Under the pieces are notes generated by a model. That model ran no database searches, was not told the origin of the DNA, and was given only the letters and a program-made list of their open reading frames with translations. From NCBI GenBank assembly GCA_965662235.1, contig CBFIGY010000001.1:32001-96000 (forward strand): 64,000 bases of DNA. The letters are read 5' to 3'. Within the stretch, counting starts at the first letter, position 1. Each line of letters opens with the position of its first letter. Below are positions 33,263-42,583 of the stretch, piece by piece. Source of the DNA: an uncultured bacterium (lineage in GTDB: Bacteria > SAR324 > NAC60-12). The position numbers were made by a program, and so were the translations under genes.

Positions 33263-34554
33263 GCGACCTTCCGGGACCGACGCAGCGCCTGCTTGAGGTC
33301 CTGAATCAGGTCCTCCGGATCCTCAAGTCCAACAGAGAGCCGGATCAGGTCTTCTCCAATGCCGGCCTGCTGCAGGGCTGCAGCATCCAGCTGAGCATGC
33401 GTGGTGCTGGCCGGATGAATGACCAGGGTCTTCGCGTCTCCGACGTTGGCAAGGTGGGAGCACAGCTGCACCGCGTTGATGAACGCGGCTCCGGCGGCTC
33501 GACCTCCCTTGACGCCAAACGCGATGATCGACCCGGCCCCTTTCGGCAACAGCTGCTTCGCCCGCTCATGATCCGGGTGCTGAGGCAGAGACGGATGGGT
33601 CACCCAGGCAATGTCGTCACTGCTCTCCAGAAATTCCAGCAGGGCCTCAGTGTTGCTGCGGTGCCGGTCCATGCGCAGCGGAAGCGTTTCCAGCCCCTGC
33701 AGCAGGTAGAATGCGTTCTGCGGACTCAGCGCCGGCCCGAAATCACGCATTCCCTCGGAGCGTGCCCGCATGGAAAACGCTTGGGGCCCGAATTCCTCAT
33801 AGAAGTTGATTCCGTGGTAACCGGCGTAGGGCTCCGTCAGGGTCGGGAACTTTCCTGAAGCCTCCCAGTCAAAGCGTCCTCCTTCCACCACCACGCCTCC
33901 AACAGCGACTCCGTGCCCCCCCATCCACTTGGTCACAGAGTGCATTACCAGGTCAGCACCATGCTTCAGCGGTTGGCAGAGGTACGGCGTGTTGAAGGTC
34001 CCATCAATCAGCAGGGGCACCTGCGCCGCATGAGCCACCTGCGCCACCTGTTCTAGGTCCAGCACCTCCAGCCCCGGGTTTCCGATGATCTCGGCAAACA
34101 CCAACCGTGTTTCAGGCCGAAGGGCCGCCTGAAAGGCCTGAGGGTTCCGTGGATCGACAAACGTGGTCTCAATTCCGAACCGGGGCAACGTGTGCCGCAG
34201 CAGGTTGACGCTTCCGCCATAAAGTGAAGCGGAGGCAACAATGTGCGAACCCGCGCCCATCAGGGTCAAGATGGTCAAAAACAGGGCGCTTTGTCCAGAC
34301 GCTGTTGCCACTGCGCCGGTGCCACCTTCTAGGGCTGCCAGACGCTCTTCCAGCACTGCGACCGTCGGGTTGGAGATGCGGCTATAAATGTGCCCACCTC
34401 GCTCTAGGTTGAAGAGGGCCGCAGCGTGATCGCTGTCTGGAAAGACGTAGGACGTCGTCTGGTAAATCGGCACCGCACGAGCACCGGTTGCAGCATCCGG
34501 ACGCTGCCCGCCGTGCAGGCTCAGGGTGTGGAATCCATGGAATTGAGGGGTCAT
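33253..34554 (-). CDS. metY: O-acetylhomoserine aminocarboxypropyltransferase (sulfhydrylase)
   Basis: PIYQTTSY, IYSRISNPT, HSVTKWMGGHG, HLANVGDAKTLVIHPASTTH, RLSVGLE. Confidence 0.92.
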   Translation of the reverse strand: MTPQFHGFHTLSLHGGQRPDAATGARAVPIYQTTSYVFPDSDHAAALFNLERGGHIYSRISNPTVAVLEERLAALEGGTGAVATASGQSALFLTILTLMGAGSHIVASASLYGGSVNLLRHTLPRFGIETTFVDPRNPQAFQAALRPETRLVFAEIIGNPGLEVLDLEQVAQVAHAAQVPLLIDGTFNTPYLCQPLKHGADLVMHSVTKWMGGHGVAVGGVVVEGGRFDWEASGKFPTLTEPYAGYHGINFYEEFGPQAFSMRARSEGMRDFGPALSPQNAFYLLQGLETLPLRMDRHRSNTEALLEFLESSDDIAWVTHPSLPQHPDHERAKQLLPKGAGSIIAFGVKGGRAAGAAFINAVQLCSHLANVGDAKTLVIHPASTTHAQLDAAALQQAGIGEDLIRLSVGLEDPEDLIQDLKQALRRSRKVAQG

Positions 34555-34708
34555 GAGGACTCGTCAGGCGCAAGGGTGGAAAAGCAAAAGCTCACCTTAG
34601 GGAACTCTGACGGAAGCTTCAAGCAGCACCGAAGCAGGAAACCGCTTAATCCGTTTGTGACTCTGAGGGGAGTTCGTTACGATTGCACCCTTAACTGATG
34701 GAGCGCAC

Positions 34709-35014
34709 ATGGGAATGGATCCTTTTTTCTGGGAAATGCTGCAGTACCTAGGAGCCGCAGTGGGACTGGCGGCCTTTTGCTGGCTGGCCAAGGATTGGCT
34801 GTTGCGGGGTCAAGAAGAGCCCCCGTTTCCGGCGTCTTTCCCGCAGCCACAGCAAGAAACCGCCCTGGAGCTGGAGATCCCGGTGAACGATGCCTCCTCT
34901 CCGGCGCGCACGCAGCTCAAGGTCGCTCGTGCCGCTCCTCAGGTCACGCTCAAGGTGATCCAGGGGTGGCTCCGGGAGCCTCGTACGGATGTCATGGACC
35001 CGCCTCATGCCTGA
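34709..35014 (+). CDS. Small single-TM hypothetical protein
   Basis: N-terminal hydrophobic helix, GGAG RBS, stop overlaps the mutM start. Confidence 0.55.
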   Translation: MGMDPFFWEMLQYLGAAVGLAAFCWLAKDWLLRGQEEPPFPASFPQPQQETALELEIPVNDASSPARTQLKVARAAPQVTLKVIQGWLREPRTDVMDPPHA

Positions 35015-35825
35015 ATTGCCTGAAGTTGAAACCGTCGCCCGTGGCCTCCGTGAGCAGGTCGTCGGCAGCACCATCCGCGCCGTACAGATCTGGCACCCTA
35101 CCCTGACGGTAAAGCAGGACCGGGACCGCTTCACGGAGCACCTCACTGGCGCTCAGATCACCCAAGTCAGCCGCCGAGCCAAGTTTTTGCTGTTCCACCT
35201 GCAGCCGCAGGGAGTGCTGATGGGACACCTGCGGATGACAGGAAAGTTCATTGTGTCCGCTCCCCTCGAAGCGCCCGGAAAGCATCACCGCGCCTGGTTC
35301 ACCTTAGACGAGGGGCGCCTGCTCGTGTTCGAGGACATGCGCTGCTTCGGCACCCTTGAGTGGTTTCCGGAGGAAGCCTCCATTCCTCAGCTTCAGGAGC
35401 TGGGTCCGGAGCCGCTCTCCGACGCTTTTCAGGCGCCGTTGCTCCAGCAGGCGCTTGCCAAGACGAGCCGCGCCATCAAGCCCACGCTGCTGGACCAGAA
35501 GATCGTCGCCGGCATTGGGAACATCTATGCCTCCGAAATCCTCTTCCGTGCCCGGATTCATCCGGAACGGGAAGCCCGAACCCTCCGGAAGGCCGACTGC
35601 ACACGCTTGGTGACTGAGACCAAGGAGGTCCTCACAGAAGCCCTCGCCCACAACGGAACCTCCATCTCTGACTTCCGGCGGGTGGATGACAAGACCGGCG
35701 AGTTTCAGGCCTTCCTTCGGGTGTATCAGCGTGAAACCCACCCCTGTCGGGTGTGTGGCACCCCGATCCAGCGCATCGTTCAGCAGCAGCGCAGCACCTT
35801 TTTTTGTCCGACCTGTCAAAAATGA
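35007..35825 (+). CDS. mutM: Formamidopyrimidine-DNA glycosylase
   Basis: MPELPEVE, HLRMTG, LGPEPL, LLDQ..AGIGNIYASE, C-terminal Cys4 Zn finger. Confidence 0.96.
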   Translation: MPELPEVETVARGLREQVVGSTIRAVQIWHPTLTVKQDRDRFTEHLTGAQITQVSRRAKFLLFHLQPQGVLMGHLRMTGKFIVSAPLEAPGKHHRAWFTLDEGRLLVFEDMRCFGTLEWFPEEASIPQLQELGPEPLSDAFQAPLLQQALAKTSRAIKPTLLDQKIVAGIGNIYASEILFRARIHPEREARTLRKADCTRLVTETKEVLTEALAHNGTSISDFRRVDDKTGEFQAFLRVYQRETHPCRVCGTPIQRIVQQQRSTFFCPTCQK

Positions 35826-36706
35826 TGAGACCTTTTGCCCCATTTGCCTCGGCCTTCCAACGCCTGTACCTGGTCCTGACCCTGGGCATGCTGCTGTTCA
35901 GCGCCCCCTGTTCAGCACAGTCGCTGCTGCTTCTGGGAGGTGGAAGCAACTCGGGAAGCCATGCGTTTGCCCGGACCTTCACGGAGGTTTGGGAGCGTCC
36001 CGGATTTTCCGATCAGTCGCTGAGCTGGGGCACAGAGCCTGATCCACGGCTTCGGCTGCAGCGGTTGACGCACCGGCAAGGAGACCTCGCTGTTGTGGAT
36101 GCTCGGACCGCGCATGAGGTGCTTCCGGACCACCCACTCCTGTGTGCAGTCAGTGTGCTGTGGCCCAACCAGATGGTTTTGCTCACCGTTCCTGCGCCTT
36201 CCGGAGGGATCCAGGAGCTGCTGCTTCCTCCTTCGGCCACTCCCTACCTGACGGCCTGGGCCGGACTCAGCTCAGGACTGCCCCGTGTGCAGGTGCTGCA
36301 GGAACAGCCGGAAGCCCTGCAACCGGGACAAACGCTGGTGTGGCTGGGGCTGCCTCAAACGTTGCGGACCTTGGTGTTTCAAGACGCGTCCATTCAGATT
36401 CAGGTTCTTTCAGCAAGCATCCAGCAGGCGCTGCAGCAGGGAAATCCTTGGCTTCGGTCCGGAACCCTGCCTGCCGGCGCGCTGCCCCGACAGAGCCGTG
36501 CGGTGCCGACTTTAGAGCAGCGTTCCGTGCTGGTTGCACGCTGCGATCTTTCAGACCGGCGGGTCACCGAGGTGCTGGACGGACTCTTCCGCATGGCCAC
36601 CTGGCCGCACCCTCCGGAACGCTTTGCTGGCATCACCGCGGCCGCCAACCGTGACTACCTGACCACCTACCCCTACCACGCGGCCGCCCAAGCGCGGTTC
36701 CGTTAA
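35822..36706 (+). CDS. Divergent TAXI-family solute-binding-like protein
   Basis: Signal peptide; GGGSNSGSH, GDLAVV, LPAGAL...VPTL, VLVAR, PYHAAA resemble degenerate TAXI motifs. Confidence 0.6.
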   Translation: MMRPFAPFASAFQRLYLVLTLGMLLFSAPCSAQSLLLLGGGSNSGSHAFARTFTEVWERPGFSDQSLSWGTEPDPRLRLQRLTHRQGDLAVVDARTAHEVLPDHPLLCAVSVLWPNQMVLLTVPAPSGGIQELLLPPSATPYLTAWAGLSSGLPRVQVLQEQPEALQPGQTLVWLGLPQTLRTLVFQDASIQIQVLSASIQQALQQGNPWLRSGTLPAGALPRQSRAVPTLEQRSVLVARCDLSDRRVTEVLDGLFRMATWPHPPERFAGITAAANRDYLTTYPYHAAAQARFR

Positions 36707-36739
36707 CCCCTTCTCGGTGGCTGCTTTCATGAGGAAGCT

Positions 36740-37684
36740 TTGAGCAACTTTCACCACATTCCCGTTCTGCTGGAAGCGGTACTCCCCCAGGTTCCAGAGC
36801 ACGCGAAGGCCCTGCTGGACTGCACCCTCGGAGGCGCAGGACACAGCCTGGCGCTGCTGGAACGCTTCCCAGAAGCACAGCTCCGGGGCATTGACCGAGA
36901 CCCCTATGCCATTGCCGCAGCTACCGAACGCCTCCAGGCCCGCTTTCCAGAACGCGCCAAAACCCGGCAGGCCAAGTTTTCGGAGCTCCAGGCCTACCTA
37001 GCCCTTTGGCGACTGCAGTACGACTTTGTCCTCGCAGACGTCGGAGTTTCTTCAGAGCAGCTCAGCCGAGGCGCCCGGGGATTTTCCTTCATGGAAGACG
37101 GGCCTTTGGACATGCGCATGAATCCGGAAGAGGCCGTGCCCACGGCAGCTCAGCTGCTGGAGCGGACGTCGGAAGCCGAACTGCGCAAGTGGCTGAAGGT
37201 TTATGGCGAGGAGCGGTTCGCAGGCCCCATCGCCAAGGCCTTGGTGGAGCAACGTCACCAGCGTCCTCTGCAGACCACCAAAGAGCTGGCCGACCTGGTC
37301 CACCGGGTCATTCCGAAGCGTCTGCACAAGCCTCACTTCAATCCAGCGACCCTCACCTTTCAGGCCCTCCGGATTGCAGTCAACCGAGAGCTTCGGGAAC
37401 TCGAGCTGCTGCTGGAGCTGATCCCCAGCTTCATCAAGGAGCACGGACGGCTGGCGATCATCTCGTTTCACTCCTTGGAAGACCGGCTCGTCAAGCAGAC
37501 CTTCCGGAGCTGGGAGTCGCCCTGCACCTGTCCCCCGAAGCTGCCTTACTGCGTCTGTGGCCTCAAGCCCCGGGGTCGCGTTCTCACCCGACGCCCCCTC
37601 ACGGCCTCTGACGCTGAAATGAAAGCCAACCCCCGGAGTCGGAGCGCCAAGCTTCGGGTCTTTGAGTTTCTGCCAGACGCATGA
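36740..37684 (+). CDS. rsmH: 16S rRNA m4C1402 methyltransferase
   Basis: HIPVLL, DCTLGGAGHS, GVSS.QL, RGFSF, PLDMRM, FQALRIAVN, ISFHSLEDR, NPRSRSAKLR. Confidence 0.96.
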   Translation: MSNFHHIPVLLEAVLPQVPEHAKALLDCTLGGAGHSLALLERFPEAQLRGIDRDPYAIAAATERLQARFPERAKTRQAKFSELQAYLALWRLQYDFVLADVGVSSEQLSRGARGFSFMEDGPLDMRMNPEEAVPTAAQLLERTSEAELRKWLKVYGEERFAGPIAKALVEQRHQRPLQTTKELADLVHRVIPKRLHKPHFNPATLTFQALRIAVNRELRELELLLELIPSFIKEHGRLAIISFHSLEDRLVKQTFRSWESPCTCPPKLPYCVCGLKPRGRVLTRRPLTASDAEMKANPRSRSAKLRVFEFLPDA

Positions 37685-38127
37685 TTGAGATCAGCTACTC
37701 CGACTCAAAAGCAGGCAGCGTGGAAGAAGCTCCCCTCCGTGACGCCCTCATGACCTTTTTGAGCACGCTCTTTGAAGGAGACCGGACCCTCTCGCTCTAC
37801 CTGACCGATGATGATGAAATGCGGGGGCTGAACCGGGAATACCGGGGCAAGGATGCCACGACCGATGTACTTTCGTGGTCGTACTTTGAGGAGGATCCGG
37901 AATCACTGCACGTCGGAGACCTTGCGGTCTCGCTGGATCAGGTGCAGCGTCAAGCAGAGCAGTATGGGTGGGACCTGCAGACGGAGCTGCTGCGGATGCT
38001 GGCACACGGATGCGTGCACCTCGCCGGATGGGATCACGAGCGCTCGGAGGAAGAAGCGCAGGCCATGCTGGCTCAGGAAGAAGCCCTGCTGAATGCCATT
38101 GGGCTTCCGGACCTCTACCGCGCCTGA
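37681..38127 (+). CDS. ybeY: rRNA maturation RNase YbeY
   Basis: LNREYRGKDATTDVLS, HGCVHLAGWDH. Confidence 0.93.
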   Translation: MIEISYSDSKAGSVEEAPLRDALMTFLSTLFEGDRTLSLYLTDDDEMRGLNREYRGKDATTDVLSWSYFEEDPESLHVGDLAVSLDQVQRQAEQYGWDLQTELLRMLAHGCVHLAGWDHERSEEEAQAMLAQEEALLNAIGLPDLYRA

Positions 38128-38128
38128 G

Positions 38129-39619
38129 TCAGCAACGGATCTTCCGGACGGTGATGCCGTACTTTTCAATGCGGTACCGCAGCTGCCGGAGCGAGATGCC
38201 CAGCTGCTTGGCGGCTCGCTGCTGCACCCCCCGGCAATCCCGCAGCGCCCCCTCAATGGCACGGACTTCCTCTTCCTCAAGGCTCAGCGGCGGCGGGGGC
38301 TTGGACAGCTTCTCTTCATGACGCTCCAGCAGCTGAACAGAGTTCTGGTGGGTCGCCAGCATGGTCCGGATCGCCAGCCGGTTGTTTTCAGCCATCAGGA
38401 AGGCGGACTGCACCACGTTTTGCAGCTCCCGGATGTTCCCCGGCCAGTCGTGGTGCTCCAGCAGCCGCAGTTCTTCTTCCGGACACAGCACCTGCTGCTC
38501 GTACTCCTGGTTGAAGTCTGCTAGGAACTTCCGGACGAGCAGCGGGATGTCATCCTTGCGCCTGCGCAACGGGATCAGCTCCAACGGCACCACATTGATG
38601 CGGTAAAACAGATCCTCCCGGAAGGTTCCCTGGGCAATGGCCGCTTCCAGAGGAGCATTGGTTGCGCAGACCACCCGGACGTCGACGGTGACGGTCTCTT
38701 CCCCACCAAGCCGCTCAAAGGTGCCTTCCTGCAGCACCCGGAGGAGCTTCGCCTGCAGCTCCAGAGACGTGTTGCCCACCTCGTCCAAAAAGAGGGTTCC
38801 GCCATCAGCCAGCTCAAACCAGCCACGACGCCGTCCGGTCGCACCGGTGAAGGCGCCTTTTTCGTGTCCAAACAGCTCGCTCTCCAGCAGCGTGCTGCTG
38901 AGGGCGCCACAGTTGACCACCTTGAAGGGCGCGTTGCGTCGAAGGCTATGGTGATGAATGGCGCTGGCAAACAGCTCCTTACCGGTTCCGCTCTCTCCGC
39001 GGATCAGCACGGTTGCTCGACTGGGAGCAATGCGACGCACCATCTCTGCCAAACGGATCATCTGGCTGTTTCCAGAGACCACTCCTTCGAGCACCTCCGG
39101 AACATCCGGAGCTTCCACTTCACGGATCACCCGTCCCCGGAGGCCGTACGCCTTCAAAGAAAGCGTCATCATGCCAGCCAGCAGCCGCAGCGCCTGCACC
39201 GTGGACGATGGTGAATGCGGCTCCAGCCACCCGCACAGCATGCCCTGCGGAAGCTCGTTTCCACCTCGTAGCGGGAAGGAGTAGAACATCTTCCCCGGTC
39301 GCATCAGTGGCGCCTCAAAGGGAAGGATGGCGGTGTTGATTTCGTGCGGGGCCAGCAGGAGCTCGTGGTGCAGCGACTCCAGAAAATCCTTCCGCTGCTT
39401 CTTCCAGAGTCGATTCTGTGCCGCCTTCTCCTCTTCGGAAAGAAAAGGGGCCAGCTCAATGAAGTAACGCTGGGTCACGGAGTCGCTGAGCAGCAGCAAT
39501 GGATTTTCCACCAGCCCAGCATCCTGGATCAAACACAGTAGGGTGTTGAGGCCTCGGGTCAGGTTTTGAGAGTGAATGAGGAGCCGGGAGGCCTGTTCCA
39601 GTAGTTCGAGAGCACGCAT
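38129..39619 (-). CDS. sigma54-dependent enhancer-binding protein (GAF-like N-domain, AAA+, Fis HTH)
   Basis: GESGTGKE, ESELFGHEKGAFTGA, LFLDE, WPGNIREL, AAKQLGISLRQLRYRI; no receiver domain. Confidence 0.9.
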   Translation of the reverse strand: MRALELLEQASRLLIHSQNLTRGLNTLLCLIQDAGLVENPLLLLSDSVTQRYFIELAPFLSEEEKAAQNRLWKKQRKDFLESLHHELLLAPHEINTAILPFEAPLMRPGKMFYSFPLRGGNELPQGMLCGWLEPHSPSSTVQALRLLAGMMTLSLKAYGLRGRVIREVEAPDVPEVLEGVVSGNSQMIRLAEMVRRIAPSRATVLIRGESGTGKELFASAIHHHSLRRNAPFKVVNCGALSSTLLESELFGHEKGAFTGATGRRRGWFELADGGTLFLDEVGNTSLELQAKLLRVLQEGTFERLGGEETVTVDVRVVCATNAPLEAAIAQGTFREDLFYRINVVPLELIPLRRRKDDIPLLVRKFLADFNQEYEQQVLCPEEELRLLEHHDWPGNIRELQNVVQSAFLMAENNRLAIRTMLATHQNSVQLLERHEEKLSKPPPPLSLEEEEVRAIEGALRDCRGVQQRAAKQLGISLRQLRYRIEKYGITVRKIRC

Positions 39620-39654
39620 GAGAGGAGCCGTGACAGGTTTCTACGGTTCGCTTC

Positions 39655-39691
39655 TTCAAGCGTCATGCCATCATTTTAATCAATAAAATGA
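39655..39691 (-). promoter_or_regulatory. sigma54-like promoter plus adjacent AT-rich inverted repeat
   Basis: Minus strand TGGCATGACGCTTGAA (39670-39655; -12 is GA instead of GC) next to TCATTTTA-ATCAA-TAAAATGA (39671-39691). Confidence 0.4.
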
Positions 39692-39810
39692 GCAGTTTAC
39701 TCGATCAAGAGTCAGTCGAAGGTGTTCAGGAAAGCAGCACACTGCCTAAGAAACAGGCAGTGTGGTTAATTTGGGAAGGCGAGCGCTCCCTCCGGAACGC
39801 CGGAGGTGCC

Positions 39811-41208
39811 TCAGGGGATGGTGCGGATCTGCATGGAGTTGACGTAGCCCTCGGGCGTGAGGCTGTCGGCAAAGATGATCACCTTGTCGCCCGGCACAAA
39901 GTGCTCGCTGAGCTTGAGCCGCATCAGCGCCGACTGGATGTTGTCCTCTGGATTCTCGGAAAACTCATCTAGGAGGAAGGGCAGCACCCCCCGATTGAAG
40001 ATCATGGTCCGGTAGGTCTTCTCGTTGTTGGTAAAGGCGTAGATGCCAATGTCCCGGGGACGCCAGTTGGAGACGTACATGGCGCCTCGACCGTAGCGTG
40101 TGAGCACCACAATGCCCTTCATGCGTAGGTTGGAGGCAATGTTCGCCACCGCTTCTGCTAGGTGCTGGCGGTTGCTGGTCTTGAACTGCTTGTCGGTGAA
40201 GCGAACTCCTGGAAACTGTTCCGTCCGACGGGCGACCCGGGCCAGCGTTTCCACGCAGCGGACCGGATGCTTTCCGGTGGAAGTCTCTCCCGACAGCATG
40301 ATCGCATCCGCCTGCTCATAGACGGCATTGGCGATGTCCGTCACCTCAGCGCGGGTGGGCACTGGGTTCTCAATCATCGACTCCAGCATCTGGGTTGCCA
40401 CAATCAGGCGTTTGCCGTAGGTGGCACACAGGTACGCAATCCGTCGCTGAATCTGCGGCAGCTCCTCCATGTCGATCTCAATCCCCAGGTCTCCCCGGGC
40501 CACCATGATGCCGTCGGCTTCCTGAACAATGCTCTCTAGGTTGTCCACGCCTTCTTGGTTTTCAATCTTGGCAATGATGCGGATGTGCTTCCCGGACTCC
40601 CCAAGGAGCGCTCGGACTTCCTGAATCGCTTCCTTGTTGCGCACGAACGACAGGGCGATTGCGTCCACGTCCTGCTCCAGCCCAAAAAGGAGGTCCTTCT
40701 TGTCGGTCTCGGTGATGGAAGGCAGCTTGACGGAAACGCCAGGCAGGTTGATGTGTCGGCGGGCCTTCAGGTAACCCGGATCCAGCACCTCACAGTCCAG
40801 GTGGCTGTCGCCCTTGGCCACGACCCGCAGCTTCACCAGACCGCTGTCGACCGCAATGGTGCCGCCGACCTCCACCTGTTCCACCAGAAATGGATAGTTG
40901 ACAAACAGCTCTCCGTCACGCTCCTCATGCGGAGGCATGGTGACCCGGACAGTGTCGCCGCAGTGCAGGTCCACTTCCTTGGAGCCGGTGCGGATTTCCG
41001 GGCCCTGGGTGTCGAGCAGAATCGCGATGGGGTAGTTGAGGGTCTTGTTCAGTTCCTTGATGCGCCCAATGATGGCGCCGTGAGATTCGTGGGTACCGTG
41101 AGAAAAGTTTAAACGTGCAACGCTCATCCCAGCTTGGGCCAGACGCTCAAGCATTTCATAGGAGTGACTAGCGGGCCCAATGGTGCAGATGATTTTGGTG
41201 TTTAGCAT
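39811..41208 (-). CDS. pyk: Pyruvate kinase
   Basis: TKIICTIGPAS, ARLNFSHG, DTQGPEIR, IAKIE, MVARGDLG, ATQMLESM, PTRAE, MLSGET. Confidence 0.97.
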   Translation of the reverse strand: MLNTKIICTIGPASHSYEMLERLAQAGMSVARLNFSHGTHESHGAIIGRIKELNKTLNYPIAILLDTQGPEIRTGSKEVDLHCGDTVRVTMPPHEERDGELFVNYPFLVEQVEVGGTIAVDSGLVKLRVVAKGDSHLDCEVLDPGYLKARRHINLPGVSVKLPSITETDKKDLLFGLEQDVDAIALSFVRNKEAIQEVRALLGESGKHIRIIAKIENQEGVDNLESIVQEADGIMVARGDLGIEIDMEELPQIQRRIAYLCATYGKRLIVATQMLESMIENPVPTRAEVTDIANAVYEQADAIMLSGETSTGKHPVRCVETLARVARRTEQFPGVRFTDKQFKTSNRQHLAEAVANIASNLRMKGIVVLTRYGRGAMYVSNWRPRDIGIYAFTNNEKTYRTMIFNRGVLPFLLDEFSENPEDNIQSALMRLKLSEHFVPGDKVIIFADSLTPEGYVNSMQIRTIP

Positions 41209-41348
41209 GGTTTGGTGTATCCGGACATTGAGTAGAGATGTGGCTTGCTCTCGCTTTCAGAAACATTCAGCATACACGGTTCAGGTAAAAACGCACCTCT
41301 CAATCGCGGGTTTCCGTCTCTGCCAACCCGACTGTTTCCCTACTGAAG

Positions 41349-41960
41349 ATGATCGCCTACCTCGAAGGCTCCGTGCTCCGTGTTGCTGCGGATCGGCTGG
41401 TGCTCAAGACCGCCGGTGGAGTCGGATACGCCGTGCATGCCCCGCAGTCGCTGCTGGCCTCGGTTCGCCCGGAAGCCGAACTCACGCTGCACCTCCATAC
41501 GCACGTCCGTGAAGACGAGCTCACCCTCTACGGCTTCCGTAGCCCTGACGAATGCACCCTCTTTGAGATGCTCATCAAGACCTCCGGAGTGGGTCCCAAG
41601 ATGGCACTGGCCGCCCTCTCGACGCTCGCGCCTCCGGACCTAGTGGCCGCAGTGGAACGGGGAGACGCTGATGCCTTCAGTCGGGTTCCCGGGATTGGCA
41701 AGAAGACCGCGACCAAGCTCTGCCTCGACATGCGGGACCAGCTCAAGAAGCACCCGCTGCCCAACCTGACCTCTGGCCCTATGACGGACCTGCCTCTGCC
41801 TGGAGCAAGCGAGCCGGATGCCGATGGGGTGCTGTCAGCCTTGAAAAACATGGGGTTTGCCGAACGGGAGGTCCTCCCCCTCCTTCGGCAGCTGGACCCG
41901 GAGGCGCCGTTTGAAGAGCGGTTCAAGAAAGCGCTTTCCTTGTTGAACCCCCTGCGTTAA
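41349..41960 (+). CDS. ruvA: Holliday junction branch migration protein RuvA
   Basis: [36 protein letters not shown]. Confidence 0.94.
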   Translation: MIAYLEGSVLRVAADRLVLKTAGGVGYAVHAPQSLLASVRPEAELTLHLHTHVREDELTLYGFRSPDECTLFEMLIKTSGVGPKMALAALSTLAPPDLVAAVERGDADAFSRVPGIGKKTATKLCLDMRDQLKKHPLPNLTSGPMTDLPLPGASEPDADGVLSALKNMGFAEREVLPLLRQLDPEAPFEERFKKALSLLNPLR

Positions 41961-42004
41961 AAAGAGGCCGAACTCCGCCTTTCAACCTCAACCAACGAGA
42001 TACC

Positions 42005-42475
42005 ATGGCTAGCCTCAACAAAGTAATGCTGATCGGCAATCTGGGACGCGACCCAGAGATCCGCTACACGCAGAGCGGAAGCGCCGTGGCCAATTTTTCC
42101 ATTGCCACTACCGACCGGTGGACGGACAAAAACGGACAGCTTCAGGAGCGCACAGAGTGGCACAACATTGTGCTCTTCGACCGCCTGGCCGACCTTGCAC
42201 AGTCGTACCTGAAGAAGGGATCACAGGTGTTCATTGAGGGCAAACTCCAGACCCGCAACTGGGACGATCAGCAGGGCGTCAAGCACTACCGGACAGAGGT
42301 CGTGGGGAACATCATGCAGTTCCTCGATCGACGTCCCACCCAAGGCGCCTCAGAGACTGAAGCCCAGGCCCCGACTCCAAGCAGTCCTCCGGCCCAGGCT
42401 CCCGCCTCTGCGACAGAAGCGGTCTCGGATCCCGGCCCCAGCGAGGAGTACATCAAGGACGACATTCCGTTCTAA
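42005..42475 (+). CDS. ssb: Single-stranded DNA-binding protein
   Basis: [19 protein letters not shown]-terminal DDIPF. Confidence 0.97.
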   Translation: MASLNKVMLIGNLGRDPEIRYTQSGSAVANFSIATTDRWTDKNGQLQERTEWHNIVLFDRLADLAQSYLKKGSQVFIEGKLQTRNWDDQQGVKHYRTEVVGNIMQFLDRRPTQGASETEAQAPTPSSPPAQAPASATEAVSDPGPSEEYIKDDIPF

Positions 42476-42583
42476 GCCACCACCGTCACCTCCTCTATGA
42501 ACCCGGAGGCGGTGCTGCCTCCACGGGTTCCTGCAGGCCTGTGGGCTTTTGGCCACAGCCGCCTCTGAACCGACCCCAAGCCC

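Noticed and set aside
34555..34708. Possible SAM-type riboswitch upstream of metY (GTCACAAACGG...TTCCTG on the minus strand)
   Set aside because: Only a fragmentary resemblance to the SAM/SAH motif; spacing and pairing do not fit. An Rfam scan would settle it
38129..39619. Calling the enhancer-binding protein nifA
   Set aside because: No nif genes nearby and the N-terminal domain is too divergent to assign
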